A stretch of 64,000 nucleotides of DNA, taken from assembly GCF_001194135.2 (NCBI RefSeq), contig NC_068990.1, positions 62,734,836 to 62,798,835 of the forward strand. The letters run 5' to 3'. This stretch comes from Octopus bimaculoides. Its lineage: Eukaryota. The notes under the pieces were generated by a model. It did not search any database. It was not told the origin of the DNA and saw only the letters and a list, made by a program, of their open reading frames with translations. Position 1 is the first letter of the stretch. Every line of letters begins with the position of its first letter. Of this stretch, positions 39,528 through 52,078 are shown one piece after another. The translations under genes were made by a program, and so were the position numbers.

Positions 39528-40350
39528 TTTTATTCCACATCACACTTGCGTTTACAAGGATTTTAGCAGCGGATATAGTGAAGTGAGAATCTAGTGCCAC
39601 TTAGTTATTATAGTTTTAAAAGTCCATAACTCCGAAACTACTTCAGCTAGAAAGCAGAAATTTCAGATATACTATTTCTGCATTGCATTGAGTCAGCTCA
39701 GTAAATTTGGTAAAAACTTGAGCTGGTGTTATGAATTAGCCTAGAATTATGCATGATTTGGATCAAAAGTGATGATTGGTTTAAGTTGGGGGTGACGTTT
39801 TTTGTCAAATAAAGCAGAAAAATGTTAGATTCTTAATTCGTATAAAATAATTCATCAAATTACAGTATAGGATTATACACAGACCAATTACGTGTCTCAA
39901 TAACAGAAATAGACAATATTTGTAATCTAACACATTAAATATTATGAAAAATACACACGCACACGCAGTTGCTGAATCCAGCTTGATTGTGTCACCATTC
40001 GCTGAGCACAAAAGAATACTAATCAAAAAAGTTTCGTTAACATTTCTCATGGAAGACATTTAAAGTTAATTTCTTTTGATAACGACGACTCAGTGTCTAT
40101 AAGGCTGACTTATTCCGACGTAACTTACCACAATCATTCAATTTCTCGAGAACATTTTTTCTTATATTGTGGAGATGTAACGTCATAATCTAAAGTAGAC
40201 AACTATTCGCTTTTTATAGATTAATAAATAAATAAGGTTTGGACTGATAGCGATGAGCAAATGCAGGCATTACATCCTCTTTTTTCCTCTTTCTGCCCCT
40301 TTCTCTTACTCTTTCTCCTTTCTTCCTATCTTTCTCACTTTACCGTTAAA

Positions 40351-40396
<46 letters not shown>

Positions 40397-41035
40397 CACT
40401 TGTTTATATAATGTATTTACTTATATATATCAGGTTGAATAGAAAGTAAGCAACGTTTTGAAACATGAAATTCATGACAATGCGGAAATTTTCTACATAA
40501 AAGTAAGTACCATTATAATCAACACATTTTTGCCAACGAATTACGAGTTTGTTTATTCCAGTAACATAAAAATCTGGTGTTTTGGAGCTGATGAACTCTT
40601 TGAACGCACTTTCAGCATCGGTTTAATTTTTTTAACTCCTCTCCTCGCAGGAAACCATCAAGGTGCTCGAAAAAGTGGTAGTCGGTTGGAAAAAGTTCTG
40701 TAGAATAAGCTGGGCGGGGAAGAACTTTGTAACCAAGTTCCCTCAACTTCTGGAGCGTCATTAGTGAAATGTGTGGTCGAGCATTGTCATGACGAATGAT
40801 TGGCCTTCTTCTCTTGACCAGTCAGGGACGGAGGAGAAGCGGTCTTTCGTTCATTTTGGCAATTTCATTTTATTCCACATCACACTTGCGTTTACAAGGA
40901 TTTTGGCAGCGGAAATAGTGAAGTGAGAACCTAGTGCCATTTAGTGATTATAGTTTTAAAAGCCCATAACTCCAAAACTACTTCAACTAGAAAGCAGAAA
41001 TTTCAGATATACTATTTCTGCATTGCATTAAGTCA
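39528..41035 (+). repeat. 168-bp direct duplication (39528-39695 and 40868-41035) of transposon subterminal DNA
   Basis: TTTTATTCCACATCACACTTGCG..CATTGCATT.AGTCA, with only scattered substitutions between copies. Confidence 0.92.
40430..40858 (-). mobile_element. Mariner 3' half with TIR
   Basis: IIRHDNARPH..KLRELGYKVLPRPAYS..PTDYHFFEHLDGFL..FYVTGINKLVIRWQKCVDYNGTYF; TIR TA-TCAGGTTGAATAGAAAGTAAGCAACG. Confidence 0.92.
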
Positions 41036-41526
41036 AAAGAATATAAGAATGTAGATATATATGTATACATACACATACACAGATACATACATACATACAT
41101 ACATACATACATACTTACATGCATGCATGCATGCCTACATACATACATACATATATNNNNNNNNNNNNNNNNNNNNNNNNNNNNNNNNNNNNNNNNNNNN
41201 NNNNNNNNNNNNNNNNNNNNNNNNNNNNNNNNNNNNNNNNNNNNNNNNNNNNNNNNNNNNNNNNNNNNNNNNNNNNNNNNNNNNNNNNNNNNNNNNNNNN
41301 NNNNNNNNNNNNNNNNNNNNNNNNNNNNNNNNNNNNNNNNNNNNNNNNNNNNNNNNNNNNNNNNNNNNNNNNNNNNNNNNNNNNNNNNNNNNNNNNNNNN
41401 NNNNNNNNNNNNNNNNNNNNNNNNNNNNNNNNNNNNNNNNNNNNNNNNNNNNNNNNNNNNNNNNNNNNNNNNNNNNNNNNNNNNNNNNNNNNNNNNNNNN
41501 NNNNNNNNNTATGTTGTTGTACTTGG

Positions 41527-42274
41527 GGATGGTCATATTGCCAGTTTAGCCAATAAAAACACACGCACTGTATATTTGGTGTTAATTTGTTTCAGCTTTA
41601 TATTACATTATATTAGATTAATCCTATTTCGGCCAGAGTTCTTTCGTCACACTTCTGTGACCTCAGTGGTCCTTTGCTTTCTTCTTTCTTATGTATGTCT
41701 CACCTTGCTAACTATCTATCTTTATTCTTCCACCTTAACATGATATATTTTCACCAATGCTTAGGTATTTGCAGTATTCTATGTATGGGACAGGAGAGAC
41801 AAAAAGACCGTCGATTCACAGATTTGGAGTTTGGGGTGCTCATTACACCCGTTGTATTTTGTATTCCTATTGCATGTGTCTACGCATGCGTATCCCTCAA
41901 TGTGTGTCTATGTTTTTGTAAGTGCATGTGTGTGTATAGGGAGTGCCTGTATTATCTATATCCTCTGTTAATACATGTTTGTTTATTTTTTGTTTTTATT
42001 TATTTGTTCATGTGTTTATACCTACTTTTTTTGTATTTAATTTTTTTTTTGTATTTAATTTCATTATTGGCTAAACTGGCAATATGACCATCCNNNNNNN
42101 NNNGCCGGTGTTAAAACGTGGGTAGCTGATGAAGTAGAATGTTCTCTATGTGGCTCGTGTGTTCTCGTCTACGTTTGTTTGCAATGTCCTGTACCCAGAT
42201 ATGCACCTATACATACAGGTGGATGTCGGTATGCACATACCTGTACGTATATATGCATATACTCATTACTTTTG

Positions 42275-42310
<36 letters not shown>

Positions 42311-42426
42311 TATATTTGCATATTGCATATACATATATATATACACATATACAAACATAAATATGCATGCCTGCATACATACAAACACAGACGCACACAC
42401 GCTCGCACGCAAAGATGCACACACAC

Positions 42427-42484
<58 letters not shown>

Positions 42485-43051
42485 GTTAATTCTTACATAT
42501 TTATATTCTTTTTACTAGTATCGAATATGGTGAGGCACCAAATTAGCGGCTGCATCACATCGACCTTAGTATTCATTTTACCTTTTTTCGGGAATGTTTT
42601 TATTTCAATTTAACGAATTATTAATTCACTTTTTGATATAAAGGATGGAGATTTTCATAACGGAATGCTCAAAAGAAATACACCCAATAATACATACAAT
42701 TTTGTTCATTTTCGCATTAAATTCATTACCATTTTTGCTACAAAAATCAAAGGAATAGAAATGTAACCCACGATTCCTTTGTGGATGGATGAACCGGAGA
42801 TTGATGCTAAATATGTTATCAATGCGAAACAACAGTCGGAGTTAATAACGGAATTTTCAGCTGACATAAGTATGGAATTTGGCCAGAAGAAATGTTTTTA
42901 TTTGATTGCTGAACGGGTGTAATGAGCACCCCAAACTCCAAATCTGTGAATCGACGGTTTTTTTTGTCTCTCCTGTCCCATACATAGAATACTGCAAATA
43001 CCTAAGCATTGGTGAAAATATATCATGTTAAGGTGCAAGAATAAAGATAGA
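41527..43051. repeat. Two overlapping inverted-repeat pairs: 29 bp (41527-41555 / 42065-42093) and ~139 bp (41715-41853 / 42912-43051)
   Basis: The 29-bp pair is identical; the ~139-bp pair differs at about 3 positions. Confidence 0.9.
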
Positions 43052-43280
43052 ATGTCCCTAGAATATCATACCAAACTTTTAAAAATGGTAGTCAGAACGC
43101 TTCTTTTGCATTACGAGGGGTTCAAAGCTCACTTAGGTTATTTACCAATTTGTTCGTGATAAAACTTATTAAATGATGGAAGACCTATTAGCTTCTATAA
43201 TATAGCTGCAAAAACAACAAGAACAACAAAATGATTTGCAGAAGCAACTAGTATAGTAACAACTACAACAACAACAATTA

Positions 43281-44300
43281 TTGGAGCTTTACGCAAAGAA
43301 GTCCAAATATGCGGCAAGTTCGTTTTCGTCAGACGGCGTACGGAACTCCATAATAGAATTCAGTTATAACCTAGAGGTGGGTATAACTTTTGCAGCGTAC
43401 TACAGAAGGTACGAGAAGATTTCGCAAAAATACAGATATGTCGACCGAGAAAGTATAACTAAACAAGATTGCTAGGTCCTAATTCATGTTACGGATGTGG
43501 AGGCCTACATTGCAGAAAATATTGTCCTTTTAAAAACCAAAAATGTTACAGCTGTCAAAAATTTGGACACACGAATTCTCACTGCAGAACAAAAGTACAA
43601 AAGTCAAATATAAAAAATCCTAAAGTGCTCTCAGCTGAAAGTAAATTCGACTCCCAAATAAGGAAATTTGTATACATAAAAGTAAACGGAATAAATATTA
43701 AATTACAACTGGATATTGGTAGTGACATTTCACTCATTAACACCGACACGTGGAAGAAAATAGGGAAACCTATGTTAAGAAAAACAGCGAAAACTGCACG
43801 TGGCGTGATGGGTGACAAACTGCACTTTGTAGGCGAAACGTGGAATGATGTCACATTTCGAAGACAAACTTGCAAGGCGAAAGTTTTTCATCGTAAAGAA
43901 CGCAGTCAATCTGTATGGTAACGACTGGTTGGAGTTATTTGATGCAAAAGCATAATTGGTTGTCCCTCTAAAAATAAGTCGTCTGAGGAATTGAAGAGAA
44001 AATTTAAAAAAGATGTTTCCTCGAGTACTGTCGGATGAGTTAGGTCTATGTAAAAAGACTGAAGCGTGTTTTCAGTTAAAGAAAAACGTTGTGCCAGTAT
44101 TCAAATCCAATAGAAAAGTACCATTCACTGCAAAAAAAAAAAAAAAAAAAAAAAAAAAAGAAAAAAACGTAGAAGAAGAGTTATAATGGCTGGAAAAATG
44201 TGGAATTATTGAAAATGTGAATTACTCTAAATGGGCAGCACCTACTGTGTGTGTAAAGAAAATAACAAAATTAAGCTGTATGCCGATTATTCTTCAAGTT
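43281..44300 (+). mobile_element. Gypsy (Ty3) LTR retrotransposon fragment: gag zinc knuckle, protease, RT start
   Basis: CYGCGGLH..CPFKNQKCYSCQKFGHTNSHC; IKLQLDIGSDISLIN (aspartic protease); PVFKSNRKVPF..YSKWAAPTVCVKK..KLYADY. Confidence 0.92.
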
Positions 44301-44569
44301 GAGTTCGCAGTGAAGTTGGTTGGCTAGTTCATTTGGAATATTGGTTGTTGGTTGCTGAAGAGATTGCTGGACTGTTACGTTGTTATTACGGCTGCATCGT
44401 TATCTTGTTTACTGTTACAACACTGGTACAGTGTATCAAGACCATCCGTCACAATATCGTGTCGGTACCACGACATTGGAGACGGAGGATACAGCATATA
44501 ACCAGATTATATATTCAGATTTATACCAATAATATTTGATGTTGTTTGGTTTTGTGAGTAAATGCTAAA

Positions 44570-44710
44570 GTGGCAATCTGGATAAGCTGGGCACTTCAGA
44601 AAAAGAAATCAACCAGCTAATGCGCATATTAGAAATACAATCTGCAAGTGGAACAGTAAATATATACAAGACTTTTGCAATTTTAGAATGTGAGTTTGAT
44701 TTTGCTATCT
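44570..44710 (+). mobile_element. Possible 3' end of an RLE-type (R4/NeSL-like) LINE
   Basis: LDKLGTSEKEINQLMRILEIQSASGTVNIYKTF resembles RLE C-termini. Confidence 0.4.
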
Positions 44711-45688
44711 ACATTCAGATAAAAGGCTTTGTATCTTTGTTAGAAACCAGCACCCATTTCCTCAGAAAAATTTTAGATAAATCAGAATAGAAGAAAGCAT
44801 ACGTGTATCCAGCTTTTAACTTCAGATTTCAAATACCGTTCGATTTCAATTTCCTATTAACCTCACCCCACACGCTACCTGTCACCATGAGAGATTCCAT
44901 TCCCTTACTCATCATTAAAATATATTGTCCTTGTGCCAAATCAAAAGAAATCATTATCATAATTATTTCCTCCTGTCATTAATTCAATGTTTCCTCGTTT
45001 ACACGCTACAAGATTCACTTTACAATATATATTTACATGTTAACAACCACATTATGCGAAACTAAATCTATATCATCACATAACTGCATATATTTGCATT
45101 ATTCTAAGAGTATTATTTTCACGTATGAGCTATCATACTTTATTTATCATACTTTCTCAGCTATTATACTTTATATAGATTTTTCATATAACTTATTAGT
45201 TTACATCATAAAGACTCCAACACTTAAGAAAATTACAATATGTACACATTGGAATATCTTTAAATGCACCTATGTATGTTCACAAAGCACAGAGTATGTA
45301 CATATGTGTCTATTTATCGAACTATATTTGTCCTGCGTATGACATTAAATTGCACCTAGCGATGAGACTCCGAATCAAGAGTTCAGAAGTTCTAGGAGCG
45401 TTGTGTCGCCCCTTAATTACCATTACGCCCAGTTCCGTTCTGATCCGGAACGATAGTACCTCTCGGGGTCCCCTGTATGCGTTAAATATGTTTCCCAGGA
45501 GTAGAGGAGGTTCCTGTTAATTTTGACAACGTATTGGGGTAAGGTAGCGCTTCTAAGAAAAAGTTACTCTGATATAAAACTAGCAGTCAGAATAATACAA
45601 GTCATCGGGCAAGACGAGGCAACCATCACGTAACTGTGTACATAAATGTATGTATGTATGTATGTATGTATGTATGTATGTATGTATG

Positions 45689-45799
45689 TCATTGTTCAGT
45701 TTTATGTCCAGATGTCTTGCCAATAGAGAAAGAGCAGGCTTCTAACCTATATCTAAGGTTCCTTCATTGGAATTTCAACATCAACAAAAGGATATTTTT
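45689..45799 (-). repeat. Second copy of the (CATA)n-embedded unit
   Basis: Reverse complement of 20568-20652 plus ~22 extra nt; lies inside a (TATG)n array. Confidence 0.85.
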
Positions 45800-46113
45800 G
45801 TATGTATGTATGTATGTATGTATGTATGTATGTATGTATGTATTTATGTATGTATGTGTAGATTTGTATGGTTTATGTATGTATTCTCATGCATATAATC
45901 ACATATCTAGATATGCTCATATATATTTAAATGACAAACTTCAGGAAAGCTTTACAGATTTTAACAGTTCCAGTGTTGAATTGGATCTGTAATCTTCGAA
46001 TTAGCTTTCTCCTTTCTGGTCTTGTATGTATGTATGTATGGATGGATGGATGGATGTATACATGCCTGCATGTATGTATATTCGTGGATTTATGTGTGTA
46101 TATATGTATATAC

Positions 46114-46174
<61 letters not shown>

Positions 46175-46254
46175 TATATATATATATATATATATGCGCG
46201 CGCGCGTGTGTGCATGACCACGCGGCCTGCCCCTAGTTCGCAATTTTTTAAAGG

Positions 46255-46375
46255 ATATAGCTTTAAGATTTTCAATATCTTGGACCAACACCTAGCTTTT
46301 CTTCAGGCTGAGGATCAAGCTGAATTTCTGGTAGTTCTTGTGAAGCTTTCTATAAAGTGTTGCAGCTGACTGTCC
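46255..46375 (-). mobile_element. RTE LINE RT fragment
   Basis: QLQHFIESF..[16 protein letters not shown] (LQ.L.D.F..FGL.IS.KKT.V motif). Confidence 0.55.
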
Positions 46376-46708
46376 GAACTGGCGTGAATGTTACCACCTT
46401 CAGTTTATAATTGACGAAGTCCTGGGTTCGATCCCGCTGCGTGTCAACATAGGGAGGTGCATTTTATATAACATAATGTTGACCCACGCCTTTAATATAT
46501 AGTTGTCCGGATGATCGAATAACATGACGCCGCCCATACAACGCAATCGACGTGAGAATCCATCATCTTCTAAAGGTGTGCATTAGCGTACCTATAAAGA
46601 ATATACGGAGCACATAACCTTGTTACACGTTGCTGTGCATGCTGGAATCCCCTGAAAATGAGCTGTGAAACATAATAACGTCCTTCACAAGCAGTATGAC
46701 CGGTTAAT

Positions 46709-46956
46709 ATGATGTCTCCGAAGAAATCGCGCAAATACTGTTTTATATGCAGCAATTATAGAGAGAAGAATGTAAACGGCAAAGTTATTTCACTTCATAG
46801 ATCCCCTGCAAACGTCGTTATTCGTCGTATTTGGCTTCAGAGATCGAAACTTGTGAGGAAAGACTTTGTTTCACTGCAAATAGCCAGATTTGCTCCCAGC
46901 ATTTCGTCAATTCTAATGGACCATCGACAGATCACCCCTTGCCATCCGTTCATTAG
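46709..46956 (+). pseudogene. THAP zinc-finger domain (one frameshift), probably the N-terminus of a transposon protein
   Basis: YCFICSN..ISLHRSPAN..RRIWLQ..RKDFV; a frame change gives ANSQICSQHF..PSV (C2CH THAP signature). Confidence 0.85.
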
Positions 46957-47135
46957 ATAAACTTCATATATGTGTATGTGACTGTACATTTGTATTTGAT
47001 AAATATGATAGGGATTAAAAAATATTCAAAATTAAGTCTCATTTATTTATTATTTATTGTTTTAATTATACATTTATTTACTCACATCCATAAAAAATAC
47101 AACTTATTTTTACAAGGGGAAAAAAGTCAAAATAC

Positions 47136-47669
47136 TTAAACATGCTCTTTCCCTGCAGTGCAGTTGCAATCAGCTGAATGCACATTGCCAGTGAGCTTTG
47201 ACACTCTGTGATCAGGGTTGTTCTTTTTGTTAGATGTTGGTATGGCCGGGATTACCAGACACCAGACAATGCAGTGAGAGTAGTTTTCGGTAACATCGTA
47301 ATATTCAATGTTGTGGACGTGTCTGTCATGGTAAAATATGCCACACCTTAACTGTCGCTTTGCCTTCCTCCGTATCACGAGGTAGTTGTAAACGTCATTA
47401 TCCGTAAAGTTCGGCAACTTATGAAGATCTTTAGTCCAATCTGATTTCAGAACATTAGGATCAGGTAAAACTTCACTGAGAGGAGATGGAAGTTCCTGCT
47501 TATTCCGGTCTGAACTACACTTCTCGTCTGTTGATTTTAATTCATTGATGTTCTTTATCGAAAGAATTTTAATACCTTTTAACTTTTCAAACAAATCCGC
47601 CTTTTTTCTAGTAACATACTGTCCATGTAATCGCAAATAATTCTTTAACTCGAGCTGCTTAATATTCAT
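47136..47669 (-). pseudogene. Truncated SAP + SWIM protein, typical of the accessory (YqaJ-type exonuclease) ORF of ISL2EU/Kolobok-like transposons
   Basis: LELKNYLRLHGQYVTRKKADL (SAP), LPDP..DWTKDLHKLPNFTDNDVYNYL, TGNVHSADCNCTAG (start of SWIM), then truncated; likely start ATG AAT ATT at 47669. Confidence 0.7.
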
Positions 47670-48185
47670 GATATGACGTGACACACAACAACAATGGCGT
47701 GGGTAGTCCGCGGAAGTAGAATTGTCTGCATGGAGAGCCACCTAGCAAAAGGTGATAATCTACTTATCGAACGTCTTTTTCATCATCTTTAAGAATTACG
47801 CGTTCGTTTCTCTTTTGTCATCTGCAATTTTGTTTTTGATCTTCTATATATACGAAGATTTTTCCTCCGTCTGGCTGATTTTCTCTCTACAAAACAGAAA
47901 GTTACATTGTGAAACAGTCATTTTAACGAGTTTTGTTTATGTATTTATCACTCGACGAGATACATCTGCACCACCGGATGCTCCNNNNNNNNNNNNNNNN
48001 NNNNNNNNNNNNNNNNNNNNNNNNNNNNNNNNNNNNNNNNNNNNNNNNNNNNNNNNNNNNNNNNNNNNNNNNNNNNNNNNNNNNNNNNNNNNNNNNNNNN
48101 NNNNNNNNNNNNNNNNNNNNNNNNNNNNNNNNNTGTGTGTGTGCGTGCGTGTGCGTATGTATAGATATGCATATATATACATATA

Positions 48186-48453
48186 TAAAAATGAGAATAT
48201 CTGAAATAAACTCGACTGGTCTCACAAAGGATAATGCTAAAGATGAACCCGACCGTTCTCAAAAATTAAGTAAAAGAAACAGGAAAAATATTCCAGAATC
48301 CTTGTCCGGTACCGAATGGATCCCAAAATGTAATCAGTTCGTGAAAGCTTCATCCGAATCCATCGAGCGGTTCTTGAGATATCTTGTCCACGGATAGATA
48401 GACAAACAAACACGATTGAAAACAATACCTCCACCTTCGCTAAGGTGGAGGTA

Positions 48454-48455
<2 letters not shown>
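48186..48455 (+). mobile_element. Helitron/Helentron-type non-autonomous element 3' end
   Basis: GACAAACAAACA short repeats followed by a perfect terminal hairpin CCTCCACCTT-CGCT-AAGGTGGAGG (48428-48451). Confidence 0.6.
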
Positions 48456-48534
<79 letters not shown>

Positions 48535-48584
48535 TGCATGTATGTAGGTATGTATACATATATCTATCTATCTATCTATCTATG

Positions 48585-48631
<47 letters not shown>

Positions 48632-48723
48632 ATATATATATATCAGCTTGCATATATTGTGTATGTAAATCCATATATATGTACATATATATAAATACAT
48701 ATATAATACATATATATAAATAC

Positions 48724-48765
<42 letters not shown>

Positions 48766-48831
48766 ACTATATATATATATATATAATAATTATTATTATT
48801 ATGATATATATACACATACACACACACACAC

Positions 48832-48864
<33 letters not shown>

Positions 48865-49070
48865 AGCGTGTATATATATATATATATATATATATATTCA
48901 TTTACACATGCACATATACATGCCCACGCATAAATTTTCTCTATCGATCTACTTGTTTATTTTTCTCTCTATCTATACCTAAGTGCACACGCGCACGCAC
49001 ATAGGCGAGCGCTCGCATGCGTGTGAGCGCACACGTATGCACTCGCACATACACACACACACATATATCT
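48455..49070. repeat. Microsatellite cluster (AAT)n, (ATCT)n, (TA)n, (CA)n, (TG)n
   Basis: Direct reading. Confidence 0.95.
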
Positions 49071-49923
49071 ATAAATTTCCACACGCACATTCGGGTAAAA
49101 ATACATATACAACTATGTGCTAGTGCGTTTCACATTTCTTCAACAATGGCGTCCTCTGAAAATCTAATGCATAAAACACTTAATAAAAGATTAAGAAAAC
49201 ATAAGGGCTATATCTTTAATGCATAAACTCTTTTAGAAATGTTCGAATGAACTGGGAAACCCCAATTAATAAATTAAAATGCATTTAATGGAAATAAAAT
49301 TGTGTAAAATAAAACTAACGGTGTGTGATTCAGCTGCTACGTAGCCTCGATGTCGCAACATAGAAATTCATGCAAATGGTATGATGATTGTAAAGAGAAA
49401 AGCTAAAGCGACAGATTACAAATGCCTCTGCAGTGCGCTAAATTTGCAGTATTGACTTTCATTAATGGCTGCAGATGTTTCTGAGCAAAAAGTCACTGAT
49501 CTACATGAGAATCATATGAAAGTGTTAACAGCCGATTCTTTCGATCCTAAAAAAATGTCATTATTCGTATTCATGTTACAGCATTTTATGCAAACAGAAG
49601 CTGACGTCATTATGATAGCTCTTATAAAAATTCCTTATTATTAAACATGATAAAATATGTTGGAGTAACAGGATCATTTAAGTTTTGGAAACAAAGCCTT
49701 TAAGCATTTATCTGTTCCGTCTCTTTATGTTTTGAATTCAAATACTGTCAAATTTATTTTTCATCCTCCTAGCGTCAAGTAAATAAATTAACAGTCATGT
49801 AGTGGAACTGACATGATCGACTGTTCTCTTCACCGAAATGGAAGGAATTATTATTAAATATCATAAAGTAATCGTTCTTGAAATAAGACTTAAGTTCGGA
49901 TCTCACTGTAGTTGATTTCTCTT

Positions 49924-50153
49924 TTAACCCCTTAGTATTAAACTCAGCCATATCTGGCCCAAATATTTTATCTGTTTTATATTCAAACTGGCCAGATCCA
50001 GTCTAATACACATCTATAAGAATACGGTCATTCTAAAATAAACTATTGCATCATCGAAATCTCGAAGTTACGGGATGGTGCATGGACATTTCAAAACAAT
50101 GTAAATAAATAAGCATTACATTTGACAGGGTAATCTAAATGTTTAATGGATAA
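49924..50153 (+). mobile_element. piggyBac/Kolobok-type TTAA MITE, degenerate
   Basis: Left TTAA-CCCCTTAG.ATT; right AATGTTTAATGG-ATAA (decayed inverted match); about 225 bp. Confidence 0.6.
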
Positions 50154-50527
50154 CATCATCATTAAATAATTATGCCAGTTTGTTCTACTTCCGCGTACCT
50201 TTTTCTCAAAATTGGTTGCTTTCTGCATAAATTAAGAACCCTTCTTAAAATTGAATCAGGAGGTATTTAATATTGTTTCATTCAGTTCAAATCCGTACAA
50301 CAGGTGTGTTTTGACATTTTAGACGTTGTCCAATACATTGATATTTACTTTTTCTTAAACACCACATTTTTCTTAGCTTACGAATACCATCTTATACATG
50401 CACACAACACCCCCACATTCTCGTTCCTTCCTTACTTCCCCATAGAATAATATTCCTAAGTAACCCCTAAGCTTATTTTTCAACTACTTCTCATTAAATT
50501 TATGTTCCCATATTTCCTCATTCGTTT

Positions 50528-50569
50528 AGCGTTTTGATAAAGATCTAGCGTCCGAAACGTCAAGACGCT
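50528..50569 (+). ncRNA. Decayed minimal hammerhead in a PLE-like tail
   Basis: AGCGTT | TTGATAA | AGATCTAGCGTCC | GAAA-CGT-C | AAGACGCT; downstream sequence resembles the 6648/7005 tails. Confidence 0.5.
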
Positions 50570-50719
50570 TTTCATCCTAGCATTAAACTAAGACAACATT
50601 TGTTAAAACTTGTTCCTACTGAGTTGTCTTCTTTTTGTGCTCATTGCCTAATAAAAGTATGTACTAAACATATGTGACTAAGTGTATATGTGTGCGTGCG
50701 TGTGTGATATACATGCAAT

Positions 50720-51250
50720 TTGCTTTCTGGAAGAAAACTTTCAAAGGCTGTGAGTTGAAGACCACAATGATTTCTGCTAAAGCTACAAGGATAGCTTCTT
50801 CTAGTAGTGCTTAGTAACGTTGTAACTTCCATTGAGTGTGTTATGCTTTTGTAGGCAACGTTATAGGACACTTTCCTTCTCATGTTCTCTATGCAGCAAT
50901 CACACAAAACTATGGTCATTTGCAACCAATCCAACCGTGCAGTAACTATTTTGTGTTTTTACTTGCTGTGTATTATCTTTCTGCTCTCTGCCCTTGTCTT
51001 TCAGTGTCTGTTTATATTCAGGATGAGATTTTTATGTTTTCCATAGTAGTTCGCAAATTATACTTTTGTCTTTCGTATGTCCAATACCAGCTCGTTACAA
51101 CATCGAGACGTAAGATAGAAACTTATGATATAGTCTGCAATCTCTGGAGAGAGACATCCACATGTCTCAAACAACTCCCTAAATGCTTCTACTTTTCAGT
51201 CCTACTTTATGTTACCTTTCTCCAAGGCAATCATGAACTCAACATTAAAA
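50720..51250 (-). mobile_element. Possible highly decayed RTE LINE 3' region
   Basis: Fragmentary LRxxxxxWYW.YER and Cys-pair motifs only. Confidence 0.3.
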
Positions 51251-51894
51251 CTATCTTTTAGTTGAGTCAGATCACAACATATAATTTTCACATTTTATTA
51301 GTAGCTCTCTACTTTATATAAATAGTGTGGAAACTATTCTCCTAATTTTTTATTACAAATTGCCGAGCGTCTTGTTTTTTAACCACTGGACCTAAAAGTT
51401 CGAAGGATGTTCCATAAACTACAATATGGCTTGTAAATACGAGTGTTTCCTCTAAACCTTCATGCAGATAATTAGCATGATTCAGAAGCCTGAGTTTTAT
51501 ACATCTGCGTTACTTATTCTTGCCTTCCTTGAGGAAAACAGCTGTATGAAACAGGCACACAGAAATTAGTACACTTTGCAGGTAACTAAAATAGTCATAA
51601 ACATACAGCTTTTACTTAGGCCATGTCGATATACTGTACTTTTTTATCACGCTATATAGTTACTTCAAGATAGAGTTACAATTTGTAGTTTAATCTGTTT
51701 TCTAGAGATACACGCTAAAGGTGGATAGAGGTTATTCAGTAACCAAATAATTGACCTATCAAGATAAAATGAAGCAGAACACCGTGTTAGCTGTTTTACT
51801 CTTTTATTTTCTCTGAGAATCGATTGAAGTTTACCAATATTTTTTGGATTGAAGAATGAATATTGAAAGTAATAGCAAAATAATGTAGACAATT

Positions 51895-52078
51895 AGGGCG
51901 ACGTGCTGGTAGAATAGTTAGCGCGTCAGGAGAAATGTTTCGCAGCACAATTACCGACTTTACCTTCTGTGTTCAAATGTCTCCGAGGTCGACTTTGTGT
52001 TACATCTTCTCCGGGTCGATAAAATTAGTACCAGTTAAGCCTTGGGTCGATGGCTTTGTGCCAAAATTTGAAGCCAAT
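51895..52078 (+). mobile_element. S2 SINE, diverged
   Basis: GGCGACGTGCTGGTAGAATAGTTAGCGCG..GTTCAAAT..CCGAGGTCGACTTTG..GGGTCGATAAAATTAGTACCAGT. Confidence 0.8.
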
